Source of the DNA: Myxococcota bacterium
GTDB lineage: Bacteria > Myxococcota_A > UBA9160 > JAFDDA01
Assembly (NCBI GenBank): GCA_965228475.1
Contig: OZ245817.1
Coordinates: forward strand, 1,664,001 to 1,728,000
Length of the DNA: 64,000 nucleotides
Direction of reading: 5' to 3'
Made by a program: the position numbers and the translations under genes. Shown here in pieces: positions 1 to 13,241 of the stretch (positions within the stretch are counted from its first letter, which is position 1; the number at the start of each line of letters is the position of its first letter). Below the pieces are notes generated by a model. The model saw only the letters and a list, made by a program, of their open reading frames with translations, was not told the origin of the DNA and did no database searches.

Positions 1-1
1 G

Positions 2-289
2 ATGCGGCTCCTCCATTCGGACTACGTCGGCCCGGTGAACGTCGGGAACCCGAAGGAGATGACCCTGCTCGAGATGGCGAAGACGATCATCGAGATCACG
101 GGCAGCAAGAGCCAGATCGTCTACCGCCCGCTGCCTCCGGACGACCCGAAGGTCCGGCGCCCGGACATCACGCTGGCCCAGCGCGTGCTCGACGGCTGGG
201 GCCCGCAGGTGTCCGTCGCGGAGGGCCTGCAGCGGACGGCGGACTACTTCCGCAAGGAACTCACCGCCAAGGGAGTGATCCCCGGGTGA
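2..289 (+). CDS. UDP-glucuronate decarboxylase / NAD-dependent epimerase-dehydratase, 3' part (truncated by window start)
   Basis: [24 protein letters not shown] and GLQRT motifs typical of the UXS/RfbB C-terminus. Confidence 0.85.
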   Translation: MRLLHSDYVGPVNVGNPKEMTLLEMAKTIIEITGSKSQIVYRPLPPDDPKVRRPDITLAQRVLDGWGPQVSVAEGLQRTADYFRKELTAKGVIPG

Positions 290-2088
290 TCGATCCGTCC
301 CGCATACGGAACTTCTGCATCATCGCGCACATCGACCACGGGAAGAGCACCCTGGCCGACCGCATGCTCGACGTGACGCAGTCCCTCGCCGAGCGCGAGC
401 GGCGCGCGCAGTTCCTCGACAAGATGGACATCGAGCGCGAGCGGGGCATCACGATCAAGGCCCAGACCGTGCGCATGACGCACCGCGGGCCGGACGGCGA
501 GGACTACGTCCTCAACCTGATCGACACGCCGGGCCACGTCGACTTCTCCTACGAGGTCTCGCGCGCCCTCCAGGCCTGCGAAGGCGCCGTGCTGGTGGTG
601 GACGCGGCCCAGGGCATCGAGGCCCAGACCCTGGCGAACGCCTACCTCGCGATCGACGCGAACCTCGAGATCATCCCGGTCGTGAACAAGATCGACCTGC
701 CCGCTGCGGATCCGGACCGCGTCGCCCAGGAGGTGGAGGACGTCGTCGGCCTTCCCGCCGAAGAGGTGATCCCGATCTCCGCGAAGGAAGGGAAGGGCGT
801 CCCCGAGGTGCTCGACCGCATCGTCGAGGTCGTTCCGCCGCCGCGCGGGAACCCGGAGGGCGCCACGCGGGCCCTGGTCTTCGACGCGTGGTTCGACCCC
901 TACGTCGGCGCTGCCATGCTCGTGCGCGTCGTCGACGGCAGCCTCTCGCGCCGGGAGCGGATCCTCCTGATGGCCGAGGGCACCGAGCACGAGATCACCG
1001 AGCTCGACCTGATCGACCCGCACCCGCGCAAGGTCGAGACGCTCCATGCCGGCGACGTCGGCGTGGTGATCGCCGGGCTGAAGACCCTCGACGAGGTCAG
1101 CGTCGGCGACACGGTCACCTGCGTGGCGGAGCCCGCTGCCGAGGCGCTGCCCGGCTTCCAGGAAGTGAAGCCCATGGTGTTCTCGGGCCTCTACCCGGTG
1201 AACGCCGAGGACTACGAAGACCTGAAGACGGCGCTCGAGAAGCTCCGGCTGAACGACTCGTCCTTCGTCTGGGAGCCCGAGACCAGCGCCGCGCTCGGCT
1301 TCGGCTTCCGCTGCGGCTTCCTCGGCATGCTGCACTGCGAGATCATCCAGGAGCGTCTCGAGCGCGAGTACGACCTCGACCTCATCACGACCTCGCCGAC
1401 GGTGCGCTACCGCGTGCTGCGGAAGGAGGGAGAGGTCCTCGAGATCGAGAGCCCGGCCGCGCTGCCGCCGACCCAGGACATCGACAAGATCGAAGAGCCG
1501 ATGATCCTCGCGACGATCCACGTGCCGTCCGAGTACGTGGGGGGCGTGCTGCAGCTCTGTCAGGACCGGCGCGGCATCCAGAAGGACATGTCGGTCCACG
1601 GCGCCCGGGTCCAGGTGCGCTACGAGATCCCGCTCTCCGAGGTCGTGCTCGACTTCCACGATCGCCTGAAGACGGTGACGCGCGGCTACGGCTCCCTCGA
1701 CTACGAACTCACCGGCTACCGCGCCGCGGATCTCGTGAAGCTCGACGTGATGGTGAACGGCGATGCGGTCGACGCCCTCTCGCTGATCGTCCACCGGGAG
1801 AAGGCCCAGTACCGCGGCGCCGAGCTGGCCCGCAAGCTCAAGGAGTTCATCCCGCGCCAGATGTACGAGGTCGCGATCCAGGCGGCGATCGGGACGCGCG
1901 TGATCGCCCGAACCACGGTGAAGGCGCTGCGGAAGAACGTCACCGCCAAGTGCTACGGCGGCGACATCACCCGCAAGCGGAAGCTTCTCGAGAAGCAGAA
2001 GGAAGGCAAGCGCCGGATGAAGCGCGTCGGATCGGTCGAGATCCCCCAAGAGGCGTTCCTCGCGGCGCTCAAGCTGGGCGACGAGTGA
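286..2088 (+). CDS. lepA: Elongation factor 4 (LepA)
   Basis: [36 protein letters not shown] and C-terminal [21 protein letters not shown]. Confidence 0.98.
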   Translation: MIDPSRIRNFCIIAHIDHGKSTLADRMLDVTQSLAERERRAQFLDKMDIERERGITIKAQTVRMTHRGPDGEDYVLNLIDTPGHVDFSYEVSRALQACEGAVLVVDAAQGIEAQTLANAYLAIDANLEIIPVVNKIDLPAADPDRVAQEVEDVVGLPAEEVIPISAKEGKGVPEVLDRIVEVVPPPRGNPEGATRALVFDAWFDPYVGAAMLVRVVDGSLSRRERILLMAEGTEHEITELDLIDPHPRKVETLHAGDVGVVIAGLKTLDEVSVGDTVTCVAEPAAEALPGFQEVKPMVFSGLYPVNAEDYEDLKTALEKLRLNDSSFVWEPETSAALGFGFRCGFLGMLHCEIIQERLEREYDLDLITTSPTVRYRVLRKEGEVLEIESPAALPPTQDIDKIEEPMILATIHVPSEYVGGVLQLCQDRRGIQKDMSVHGARVQVRYEIPLSEVVLDFHDRLKTVTRGYGSLDYELTGYRAADLVKLDVMVNGDAVDALSLIVHREKAQYRGAELARKLKEFIPRQMYEVAIQAAIGTRVIARTTVKALRKNVTAKCYGGDITRKRKLLEKQKEGKRRMKRVGSVEIPQEAFLAALKLGDE

Positions 2089-2966
2089 GCGGCGAAACTC
2101 CGCCGGACGAGAGCGCTCCGAAGCCGAGCGCCGCCGCCGAGTTCTGGGATCAGTTCGGCTCGCTGCTCGTGGCCGTGGCCCTCGCCCTCGGCGTGCGGGG
2201 CTTCATCGTCGAGCCCTTCCGCATCCCCTCGGAATCCATGCTGCCGACGCTCCTGGTCGGCGACCACCTCTTCGTGAACAAGTTCGCCTACGGCCCGCGC
2301 CTGCCGTTCGCGGAATCGCGCCTGCCGGGCCTGCGCGAGCCCGAGCGCGGCGACGTCGTCGTCTTCACCGTGGCGCGTGATCCACGGGACCCGGCGCGTA
2401 TCTGCCCGGTCGACCGCTGCCCGGGCCTGCCGACCGAGGAGTTCGTGAAGCGCATCGTGGGCATGCCCGGGGACACCGTCGCCGTCGCGGCCGACGGCAC
2501 GGTCCGCATCAACGGCGAACCCTTCGAGAACGACCTGCCGGGCACGTCCTTCGAGAACGGTGCGGGGACGCCCCTGGCCCTGCGCACCGAGCGCAACGGC
2601 CGCTGCGGCTACGAAACCCTCGACGACCGCCGCATGCAGGCCTCGCCGCGCGAGTTCCGCGTCGAAGCGGGGCGCTACTTCATGATGGGCGACAACCGCG
2701 ACCACTCGAACGACTCCCGCTTCTGGGGGACGGTGCGCGCCGAGGAGTTCAAGGGCCCGGCCCTGATCCTCTACTGGTCCTGGGCCTATAACGACGGTTG
2801 GCTCCCACTGTTGAACCCGCTCACCTGGTGGAAGTCGGAGAAGCGCTGGGACCGCATGGGCGACTCGCTCCGCTGCGTCGAGGAGCCCCCCGGAACGGCC
2901 TCCGCGGCCGGGGGCGGTGCGGCGGCTCGGCCCAGCGGGAGCCCGGCCCGAGCGCCCGCAGCCTGA
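2085..2966 (+). CDS. lepB: Signal peptidase I
   Basis: GTG overlaps lepA stop (GTGA); [17 protein letters not shown] and [14 protein letters not shown] boxes. Confidence 0.95.
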   Translation: MSGETPPDESAPKPSAAAEFWDQFGSLLVAVALALGVRGFIVEPFRIPSESMLPTLLVGDHLFVNKFAYGPRLPFAESRLPGLREPERGDVVVFTVARDPRDPARICPVDRCPGLPTEEFVKRIVGMPGDTVAVAADGTVRINGEPFENDLPGTSFENGAGTPLALRTERNGRCGYETLDDRRMQASPREFRVEAGRYFMMGDNRDHSNDSRFWGTVRAEEFKGPALILYWSWAYNDGWLPLLNPLTWWKSEKRWDRMGDSLRCVEEPPGTASAAGGGAAARPSGSPARAPAA

Positions 2967-2967
2967 A

Positions 2968-2995
2968 TTGACCGGGCCGCCGCCCGGGCTATGCT
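2968..2995 (+). promoter_or_regulatory. sigma70-type promoter of the pyr operon
   Basis: TTGACC-N16-TATGCT just upstream of the PyrR RNA element. Confidence 0.6.
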
Positions 2996-3014
2996 TGGCC
3001 CATCGCGAATACGC

Positions 3015-3052
3015 GTTCCTTTTAATTCCGTCCCGTGAGGCGGAGAAAGGTG
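3015..3052 (+). promoter_or_regulatory. PyrR-binding RNA stem-loop
   Basis: CCTTTTAATTCCGTCCCGTGAGGCGGAGAAAGG matches the PyrR binding loop (UCCnGnGAGG loop, UUUAA internal motif) directly before pyrR. Confidence 0.85.
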
Positions 3053-3059
3053 CGACTCC

Positions 3060-3710
3060 TTGGGCGACGACCCCCGCGGCCTCCCGGCCGACCCCGCACA
3101 CGCGGCCGAATCCAAACGAGCGGGCTCTTCTCCGCAGACGGGTTCGATCCTTCCCGACGACGAACGCATCGTCCTCGACGACGCCGCCATCCGGCGCGCG
3201 CTGACCCGCATCTCGCACGAGCTGATCGAGCGCAACCCGGACCCGAGCGCCCTCTATCTGGTGGCCGTGCCCAACGGCGGCATCCCGCTGGCCCGCCGCC
3301 TCGCCCGGAACCTCCGTGAGATCGCGGATCTCGAGGTGCCCATGGGCATCCTCGACACCACGCTCTACCGCGACGACCTCATGAGCCGCGCGGCGCGCCC
3401 GCGTCTGCGGCGCACGGAGATGCCCTCCGCCGTGGACGACCGCATCGTCGTGCTCGTCGACGACGTCGCCTTCACGGGCCGGACGGTCCGCGCAGCCATG
3501 GACGCGCTCATCGACTTCGGGCGCCCGAAGATCGTGCAGGTCGTGGCGCTCGTGGACCGCGGCCACCGCGAGCTGCCGATCAAGATCGACTACGTGGGGA
3601 AGAACATCCCCACGCAGCCCGGTGACGACGTCGAACTCGTGGGCGACGCGGACGGCAACGGGCCGCTGTGCATCGTGCACCACCCCGAGGCTCGGAGGGT
3701 TCCCGCATGA
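3060..3710 (+). CDS. pyrR: Bifunctional pyr operon regulator / uracil phosphoribosyltransferase
   Basis: RALTRISHELIERN, LDTTLYRDDL, LVDDVAFTGRTVRAA, DRGHRELPI; TTG start uncertain. Confidence 0.95.
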   Translation: MGDDPRGLPADPAHAAESKRAGSSPQTGSILPDDERIVLDDAAIRRALTRISHELIERNPDPSALYLVAVPNGGIPLARRLARNLREIADLEVPMGILDTTLYRDDLMSRAARPRLRRTEMPSAVDDRIVVLVDDVAFTGRTVRAAMDALIDFGRPKIVQVVALVDRGHRELPIKIDYVGKNIPTQPGDDVELVGDADGNGPLCIVHHPEARRVPA

Positions 3711-4651
3711 TTGGGAAAGACCTGCTCTGCATCTCGGACCTGAGCCGCGAGGAGATCGAGACGATCCTCGAAACGGCACAGCACATGAAGGAAGTGGGCG
3801 AGCGCGACGTGAAGAAGGTGCCGACCCTGCGCGGGCGCACCATCGTGAACCTCTTCTTCGAGTCCTCGACCCGCACCCTCACCAGTTTCGAGATCGCGGG
3901 AAAGCGCCTCTCGGCCGACGTCGTGAACTTCTCGCCGAAGAACTCGAGCCTCTCGAAGCGCGAGAGCATCCTCGACACCGCCCGGACGATCGATGCCATG
4001 GACCCGGACGCCGTGATCGTGCGCCACGACGTCGGCGGCGTGCCCAAGCGCATGGCCGACGTGCTCGATGCGCCGGTCTTGAACGCCGGCGACGGCGCCC
4101 ACGCCCACCCGACCCAGGCGCTCCTCGACCTCTTCACGGTGCAGGCCGAGAAGGGGCAGATCGACGGGCTCACGGTGGCGATCGTCGGCGACATCGCCCA
4201 CAGCCGGGTGGCGCGTTCGGACATCGCGGCCTTCCAGAAGATGGGGGCCGAGGTTCGCGTCGCGGCGCCCCCGACGATGATCCCGAGCCACGTCGAGACG
4301 CTTGGCGTGAAGGCCTACACCTCGCTGCGCGAAGCGATCGAGGGCGCCGACGTCGTGATGATGCTGCGCATCCAGCTCGAGCGGATGCAGGGGGCGCTCT
4401 TCCCGAGCGTGCGGGAGTACTCCGCGACCTTCGGCCTCGACCGCGAGAAGCTCCGCTACGCCAAGGACGACGCGATCGTGATGCACCCCGGGCCGGTGAA
4501 CCGCGGCGTCGAGCTCTCCCACGATCTCGCGGACGTGCGGCCCTCGGTGATCCTCGACCAGGTGCGCAACGGCGTCGCCCTGCGCATGGCGGTCCTCTAC
4601 CTGATGGCCGGGCGGGCGAGCCGGGTCGGTGCGGCTGGAGGAGCCTCGTGA
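3707..4651 (+). CDS. pyrB: Aspartate carbamoyltransferase catalytic subunit
   Basis: FFESSTRT, HPTQALLD, MHPGPVNRGVE; ATGA overlap with pyrR. Confidence 0.97.
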   Translation: MIGKDLLCISDLSREEIETILETAQHMKEVGERDVKKVPTLRGRTIVNLFFESSTRTLTSFEIAGKRLSADVVNFSPKNSSLSKRESILDTARTIDAMDPDAVIVRHDVGGVPKRMADVLDAPVLNAGDGAHAHPTQALLDLFTVQAEKGQIDGLTVAIVGDIAHSRVARSDIAAFQKMGAEVRVAAPPTMIPSHVETLGVKAYTSLREAIEGADVVMMLRIQLERMQGALFPSVREYSATFGLDREKLRYAKDDAIVMHPGPVNRGVELSHDLADVRPSVILDQVRNGVALRMAVLYLMAGRASRVGAAGGAS

Positions 4652-5952
4652 CCGGCAGCGGGAAGACGCTCCTGCGGGGCGGGCGGGTCCTCGACCCGGC
4701 CTCGGGCCACGACGCCATCGCCGACGTGCTCTTCGAGTACGGCCGCATCCTGGCCGTCGGCGACGATCTCGACGCCACGGATGCGGAGATCGTCGACGTG
4801 TCGGGCGCCTGGGTCGCGCCGGCCTTCATCGATCTGCACGTCCACTTCCGTGAGCCCGGCCAGGAGTACAAGGAAGACATCGCTTCCGGCGGCCGCGCGG
4901 CCGTTGCCGGCGGCTTCGGGACCGTGGCGTGCATGGCGAACACCGAGCCGGTGAACGACGACCCCTCGGTGACGGACTTCATCATGGATCGCGCGCGCCA
5001 GGACTCCCCGGCGCGCGTGCTCCCGATCGCCGCGGCGACCCAGGGCCTCGCCGGCGAGGTGATGACCGAGATGTCCGCGCTGATCGAGGCGGGCGCCGTC
5101 GCCTTCAGCGACGACGGCAAGACGATCATGGACAGCGGCGTGGCCCGGCGCGTGTTCGAGTACTCGACCCTCGTCGGCGCTCCGGTGATCGTCCACGCGG
5201 AGGACTGCGGGCTCGTGGGGGAGGGCGTCGTCAACGAGGGCGCCGTTTCGACCCGGCTCGGCCTCCCCGGGAACCCCGCCCTGGCCGAGGCGGTCCACGT
5301 CTCGCGCGACATCCAGCTCGCGGAGCTCACCGGGGCCCACGTGCACGTCGCCCACGTCTCGACCGCCCAGGCCGTCGAGACCATCCGCCGTGCGCGCGAG
5401 CGCGGCGTCCACGTGACGGCCGAGGTGACGCCGCACCACCTGGCGCTGACCGACGAAGCCGTCCTCGGCTACGACACGAACACGAAGATGGCGCCGCCCC
5501 TGCGCACCCAGACCGACGTCGACGCCTGCCGCGCGGGCCTGGCGGACGGGACGATCGACGCCATCGCCACGGACCACGCTCCCCACGCCCTCCACGAGAA
5601 GGAGGTCGACTTCCGCGAGGCCCCGAACGGGATCATCGGCCTCGAGACCGCACTGCCGGTGGTCCTCGATCTCGTGCGGACCGGTACGATCTCCCCGCTC
5701 GATCTCGTCGCCCGCCTGACCGTGGGCCCGGCCCGGGTCCTCGGGCGAGAGGGTGGAGCGCTGGCCGTCGGCGCCCTGGCGGACGTCGTCGTCTTCGACC
5801 CCGAACGCCGCTGGACCTATGAGCCCACCAAGGGCTGGTCGAAGAGCCGGAACTCCCCGTGGGCGGGCCAGGAACTCACGGGCCGCCCCTTGCGAACCTA
5901 CGTGGAAGGCCGTCTCGTCTACGACGTCGAGCGCGGCGTCCTGGCCCCTTGA
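4648..5952 (+). CDS. pyrC: Dihydroorotase
   Basis: DLHVHFREPG, EVTPHHL, ATDHAPH; GTGA overlap with pyrB. Confidence 0.96.
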   Translation: MTGSGKTLLRGGRVLDPASGHDAIADVLFEYGRILAVGDDLDATDAEIVDVSGAWVAPAFIDLHVHFREPGQEYKEDIASGGRAAVAGGFGTVACMANTEPVNDDPSVTDFIMDRARQDSPARVLPIAAATQGLAGEVMTEMSALIEAGAVAFSDDGKTIMDSGVARRVFEYSTLVGAPVIVHAEDCGLVGEGVVNEGAVSTRLGLPGNPALAEAVHVSRDIQLAELTGAHVHVAHVSTAQAVETIRRARERGVHVTAEVTPHHLALTDEAVLGYDTNTKMAPPLRTQTDVDACRAGLADGTIDAIATDHAPHALHEKEVDFREAPNGIIGLETALPVVLDLVRTGTISPLDLVARLTVGPARVLGREGGALAVGALADVVVFDPERRWTYEPTKGWSKSRNSPWAGQELTGRPLRTYVEGRLVYDVERGVLAP

Positions 5953-5998
5953 ACCTTGACCCTCGAACCTTTTTCCAAACCGACCGGAGCTCCCGCGC

Positions 5999-7204
5999 GT
6001 GACCTTTGACCTCTCGACCCCCAAACCCGCCGCTCTCGCGCTTGCCGACGGCACCGTCTACCGAGGCACGGCTTTCGGTGCCTCGGCCGTCGCGGCCGGC
6101 GAAGTCTGTTTCAACACGAGCCTCACCGGCTATCAGGAGATCCTCAGCGATCCGTCCTACGCCGGGCAGATCGTGACGATGACCTGCACCCAGATCGGGA
6201 ACGTCGGGACGACGCCCGAGGACGACGAGGCGGAAGCCCCGTTCCTGCGTGCCTTCATCGTGAAGGAGCACTTCGAGCCGCCTTCGAACTGGCGCTCGCG
6301 CGAGACGCTCGGTGCGTTCCTCACCCGCCACGGGATCCCCGGCCTGGCCGGCATCGACACCCGCGCACTCGTGCGTCGCATCCGCGACCACGGTTTCCAG
6401 AACGGCGTGGTCTCGACCGACCCGGCCGCCCAGGACGAGGCGGACCTCGTCGCCCGGGCGAAGGCGGCGCCGGCCCTCGACGCCCAGGACCTCGTCGCCA
6501 CCGTCACCACCGGAGAGAACTACGAGTGGAAGGACGGCCTCTGGCCCGGGATCGACGGCGGCCTCCCGCGCCCGGAGCGGCCCGGCCCCTCCCGCCGGCT
6601 GGTCGTCTACGACTTCGGCGTGAAGCGCAACATCCTCCGCCACCTGGTCGAGCAGGGCTTCGACGTCACCGTCGTGCCGGCGAAGACCTCCGCGGCGGAC
6701 GCCCTGGCCCTCGAGCCGGACGCCGTCTTCCTCTCGAACGGCCCGGGCGATCCGGCCGCCGTCGAAGGCGTGCTCGACAACGTCCGGGAGCTGGCCGAGA
6801 GCAAGCCGCTCTTCGGCATCTGCCTCGGGCACCAGATTCTCGGCCTCGCCCTCGGTGGCCGGACCACCAAGCTGAAGTTCGGCCACCACGGTGGCAATCA
6901 GCCCGGCCAGGATCTGGCGACCCGGAAGGTGGCGATCTGCGCCGAGAACCATGGCTACGCGGTCGAGGCGGAGTCCCTGCGCGAAGCCGGTCAGCCCATC
7001 GAGGTCACCCACATCAACCTGAACGACGACGTCGTCGAGGGGCTGGCCCACGCCGAGAAGCCGATCTTCAGCGTGCAGTACCACCCCGAGGCGTCCCCCG
7101 GGCCCCACGACGCGGCCTACTTCTTTTCACGCTTCCGGCGCATGGTGGACCTCCATGCCTCGGGAGAACCCGTCACCGGCGCCGCCGTGGCGAAGGGAGC
7201 CTGA
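5999..7204 (+). CDS. carA: Carbamoyl-phosphate synthase small subunit
   Basis: [40 protein letters not shown]. Confidence 0.98.
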   Translation: MTFDLSTPKPAALALADGTVYRGTAFGASAVAAGEVCFNTSLTGYQEILSDPSYAGQIVTMTCTQIGNVGTTPEDDEAEAPFLRAFIVKEHFEPPSNWRSRETLGAFLTRHGIPGLAGIDTRALVRRIRDHGFQNGVVSTDPAAQDEADLVARAKAAPALDAQDLVATVTTGENYEWKDGLWPGIDGGLPRPERPGPSRRLVVYDFGVKRNILRHLVEQGFDVTVVPAKTSAADALALEPDAVFLSNGPGDPAAVEGVLDNVRELAESKPLFGICLGHQILGLALGGRTTKLKFGHHGGNQPGQDLATRKVAICAENHGYAVEAESLREAGQPIEVTHINLNDDVVEGLAHAEKPIFSVQYHPEASPGPHDAAYFFSRFRRMVDLHASGEPVTGAAVAKGA

Positions 7205-7207
7205 CCG

Positions 7208-10422
<3,215 letters not shown>

Positions 10423-10429
<7 letters not shown>

Positions 10430-10470
10430 CGGCGGCCAGGGCTGACGGCGACCCGGGCTGACGGCGGTCG
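10423..10470. repeat. Three tandem degenerate 16-bp repeats spanning the carB stop
   Basis: GGGTTGACGGCGGCCA / GGGCTGACGGCGACCC / GGGCTGACGGCGGTCG. Confidence 0.7.
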
Positions 10471-10523
10471 CGCGGCGCAGGGCCGGGCTCTCCTTCTGTT
10501 AGGCTCTCGGCGAGGACCGTTCG

Positions 10524-12950
10524 ATGCCGCGCCAGACCGCAAAGGCTCCGAGCCCTTTCGCGCGCGCCGCGGACGCGCTCGAGCGCGCCCTGTCGGCACC
10601 CGCCGGGGACGCTGACTCCGGCCCGATCGCCGCCGCCGCGCGCGGTGCGCGCGCCCTCGCGCTCCCGGCCGACGTCAAGAAGGCGCTCCTCGCGATCCAG
10701 CGCGACTTCGAGCGCTCGCCCGAGGGCGAGGAGCGGCAAGCGGCCCTCGAGCGGGCCCGTGCCGTCGTCGAGCCCTGGCTCGATCCGGCCTTCGCCGAGG
10801 CGGCCCTCGCGCGCCCGGTCTCGACCCTGCCGGGCGTCGGCGCCAAGCGCGCCGACTCGCTCGCACGGCGGGGTCTGCGCAGCGTTGCGCACCTGCTCTT
10901 CCATCTACCGACCCGTTTCGACGATCGCCGGGCGCTCACGCGCATCGAGGAGATCGAGGTCGGCCGCCGGGCGACCTTCGTCGGCCGGGTGCTCGCGACG
11001 GAGTCCGGCGGCTCGCGGACGCGCGGCGGCCGCTACCGGCCCACGTTCAAGGCCCAGCTCGGCGACGACGAGGGTGGTCGCGTGCTGCTGCGCTGGTTCC
11101 ACAGCGTCGATCAGATGCGCGACACGGTCCGCAAGGGCGCCGTCTTCCTCGTGACGGGCGACGTGAAGCGCTACCGCTTCGACAAGGAGATCGTCCACCC
11201 CGAACTCGAGCGGCTGCCGGCGCCCGAAGCGCAGGAAGAGGGCGAGGAAGAGGGGCCCCTGGCCGTCGATCTCGACGCCCTGCGCGCCGTCGTACCGGAC
11301 TACCCCTCGCCCGACGGAATCCCGCCGCGCACGATGCGCGGGCTCGTGCAGCGGGCGGTCGATGCCTACGCGGACCTGGTCGAGAGTCACCTGCCGGAAT
11401 CGCTGACGGCGGAGCGGGAGCTGCCGAGCGTGCCCGACGCCCTCCGCGCGATCCACCAACCGGACGTCGATGCGGATCTCGACGCCCTGCGCGAGCGCGA
11501 CACGCCGGCCTTCGAGCGGCTGATCCTCGAGGAGCTCTACGGGCTCGAGCTCGGGCTGGCCTTGCGGCGGGAGGTCCACGCCCGCGAGCCCGCCCTCGCG
11601 ATTCCGGGCGACGGGCCCCGGACCGACGCCGCGGCGAAGCAGCTTCCCTTCCGGCTCACCCAGGCCCAGCGCCGCTCCTGGGGCGAGATCCGCAGGGACC
11701 TCGCGCGCTCGCATCCGATGAACCGCCTGCTCCAGGGCGACGTCGGGAGCGGCAAGACGGTCGTGGCGTTCCTCGCGGCGGTGGCCACCGCCGAGCACGG
11801 CCGCCAGACGGCGTTGATGGCCCCGACCGAGCTCCTCGCCGAACAGCACGCGCGGACCCTCACGCGGCTCGTGGAGACGTCGGAGGCGGGGTTGCGGGTC
11901 GAGCTGCTCGTCGCCTCGCGGCCGAAGCCCGAACGCCAGGATGTCCTGGCCGCGCTCGGCCGGGGGGAGGTCGACCTCGTGGTCGGCACCCACGCCCTCG
12001 TCCAGGACGCGGTCCGCATTCCGCGCCTCTCCCTGGCCATCGTCGACGAGCAGCACCGCTTCGGCGTGCTCCAGCGCAAGGCGCTGGCCGGCAAGGCCGA
12101 GGACGGCCTCGTGCCCCACACGCTCGTGATGACGGCGACCCCGATCCCCCGCACGCTCGCACTCACCCTCTACGGGGACCTCGACGTCTCGGTGATCGAC
12201 GAGCTTCCCCCGGGAAGGACCGCCGTCACGACCCACGTCCTGCGGGAAGGGGAGGGGCGCCGCGTCGTCGATCAGATCCGCGCCGCCGCCCGGCGCGGCG
12301 AGCAGATCTACGTCGTCTATCCGCTCGTCGAGGAAACGGAGAAGACCGACCTGCGCGCCGCGACCGAGTCGACCGAGAAGATCCGCCGCGCCTTCCCGGA
12401 CCTCACCGTCGACCTCGTCCACGGGCGCCTCGACGCCGCGGCGCGTGGCGAGGCCATGGCCCGCTTCGAGCGCGGCGAAACGGATCTCCTGGTCTCGACG
12501 ACGGTGATCGAGGTCGGCGTCGACGTCCCGCGCGCGACGCTCATGGTGGTCGAACACGCGGAACGCTTCGGCCTGGCGCAGCTGCACCAGCTGCGGGGCC
12601 GGGTGGGCCGGGGCGATCGGCCGGGGACGTGCCTGCTCGTGGCCCGGGGCGTCTCCGACGAGAGCGAGGCCCGCCTCGCCGCCATGCTCGCGACCACCGA
12701 CGGCTTTGCCATCGCCGATGCGGACCTGCGCATCCGCGGCCCGGGCGAGTTCCTCGGGACCCGCCAGCACGGCAAGCTCCCGGACCTCTGGGTGGCGGAT
12801 CTCCTGCGGGACGCGCGCCTGATCTCGACCGCCCGCGAGGCCGCCCTCGAGACGGTCCGCGCCGACCCGGGCCTGCGCGGCGACCCGCGCCTGCTGCGGA
12901 CGGTCGAGCGGCGCTGGGGGGAGCGGCTCTCGCTGATCCGCGTCGGCTAA
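10524..12950 (+). CDS. recG: ATP-dependent DNA helicase RecG
   Basis: RLLQGDVGSGKT, DEQHRFG, TATPIPRTL, ERFGLAQLHQLRGRVGRG. Confidence 0.97.
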   Translation: MPRQTAKAPSPFARAADALERALSAPAGDADSGPIAAAARGARALALPADVKKALLAIQRDFERSPEGEERQAALERARAVVEPWLDPAFAEAALARPVSTLPGVGAKRADSLARRGLRSVAHLLFHLPTRFDDRRALTRIEEIEVGRRATFVGRVLATESGGSRTRGGRYRPTFKAQLGDDEGGRVLLRWFHSVDQMRDTVRKGAVFLVTGDVKRYRFDKEIVHPELERLPAPEAQEEGEEEGPLAVDLDALRAVVPDYPSPDGIPPRTMRGLVQRAVDAYADLVESHLPESLTAERELPSVPDALRAIHQPDVDADLDALRERDTPAFERLILEELYGLELGLALRREVHAREPALAIPGDGPRTDAAAKQLPFRLTQAQRRSWGEIRRDLARSHPMNRLLQGDVGSGKTVVAFLAAVATAEHGRQTALMAPTELLAEQHARTLTRLVETSEAGLRVELLVASRPKPERQDVLAALGRGEVDLVVGTHALVQDAVRIPRLSLAIVDEQHRFGVLQRKALAGKAEDGLVPHTLVMTATPIPRTLALTLYGDLDVSVIDELPPGRTAVTTHVLREGEGRRVVDQIRAAARRGEQIYVVYPLVEETEKTDLRAATESTEKIRRAFPDLTVDLVHGRLDAAARGEAMARFERGETDLLVSTTVIEVGVDVPRATLMVVEHAERFGLAQLHQLRGRVGRGDRPGTCLLVARGVSDESEARLAAMLATTDGFAIADADLRIRGPGEFLGTRQHGKLPDLWVADLLRDARLISTAREAALETVRADPGLRGDPRLLRTVERRWGERLSLIRVG

Positions 12951-12965
12951 AGCGCCGGGCTCGGC

Positions 12966-12994
12966 TTGACGAAACCGGGGACGTCGCTTACACA
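12966..12994 (+). promoter_or_regulatory. sigma70-type promoter of the leu leader
   Basis: TTGACG-N17-TACACA, 10 nt before the leader ATG. Confidence 0.5.
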
Positions 12995-13004
12995 GGACCG
13001 AGTC

Positions 13005-13094
13005 ATGGTGAACCGATTCGCAGCGCAGCTTCCGGGCATGCTTCTCAGCCTGCTCCTCCTTACGGGGGCAGGAGGGGGCGTGTCCGGCCGTTAG
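13005..13094 (+). CDS. Leucine attenuator leader peptide (29 aa, MVNRFAAQLPGMLLSLLLLTGAGGGVSGR)
   Basis: Six Leu codons in seven positions; not in the ORF track; precedes a terminator and leuA. Confidence 0.85.
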   Translation: MVNRFAAQLPGMLLSLLLLTGAGGGVSGR

Positions 13095-13119
13095 CGAGCC
13101 ATCGATTTCACCGGAACCA

Positions 13120-13162
13120 CACGAAACCCTCTCCTGCCGAGCCGGCCGGAGGGGGTTTCGTG
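13120..13162 (+). terminator. Attenuator terminator hairpin (segments 3:4)
   Basis: CACGAAACCCTCTCC...GGAGGGGGTTTCGTG; the 5' arm is also complementary to leader segment GGCAGGAGGGGG (13067-13078). Confidence 0.8.
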
Positions 13163-13241
13163 CATCGGGGGTAGGACACGGCTGGGCCGCGGCTCGGCTC
13201 CTCGGCACGGCCCGACCGGAGGCTCGGCCGAGGTCGAGAAC

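Noticed and set aside
888..5952. Apparent N-terminal extensions on lepB and pyrC (also pilT, fliOP, flhA, flhG, HDOD, flgI) in the ORF track
   Set aside because: Artefacts of taking the first possible start; real starts overlap or follow the upstream stop codons.
12948..12975. TAAAG-N15-GACGAAAC as a sigma28 promoter
   Set aside because: TAA is the recG stop codon, and the site overlaps a better sigma70 promoter for the leu leader.
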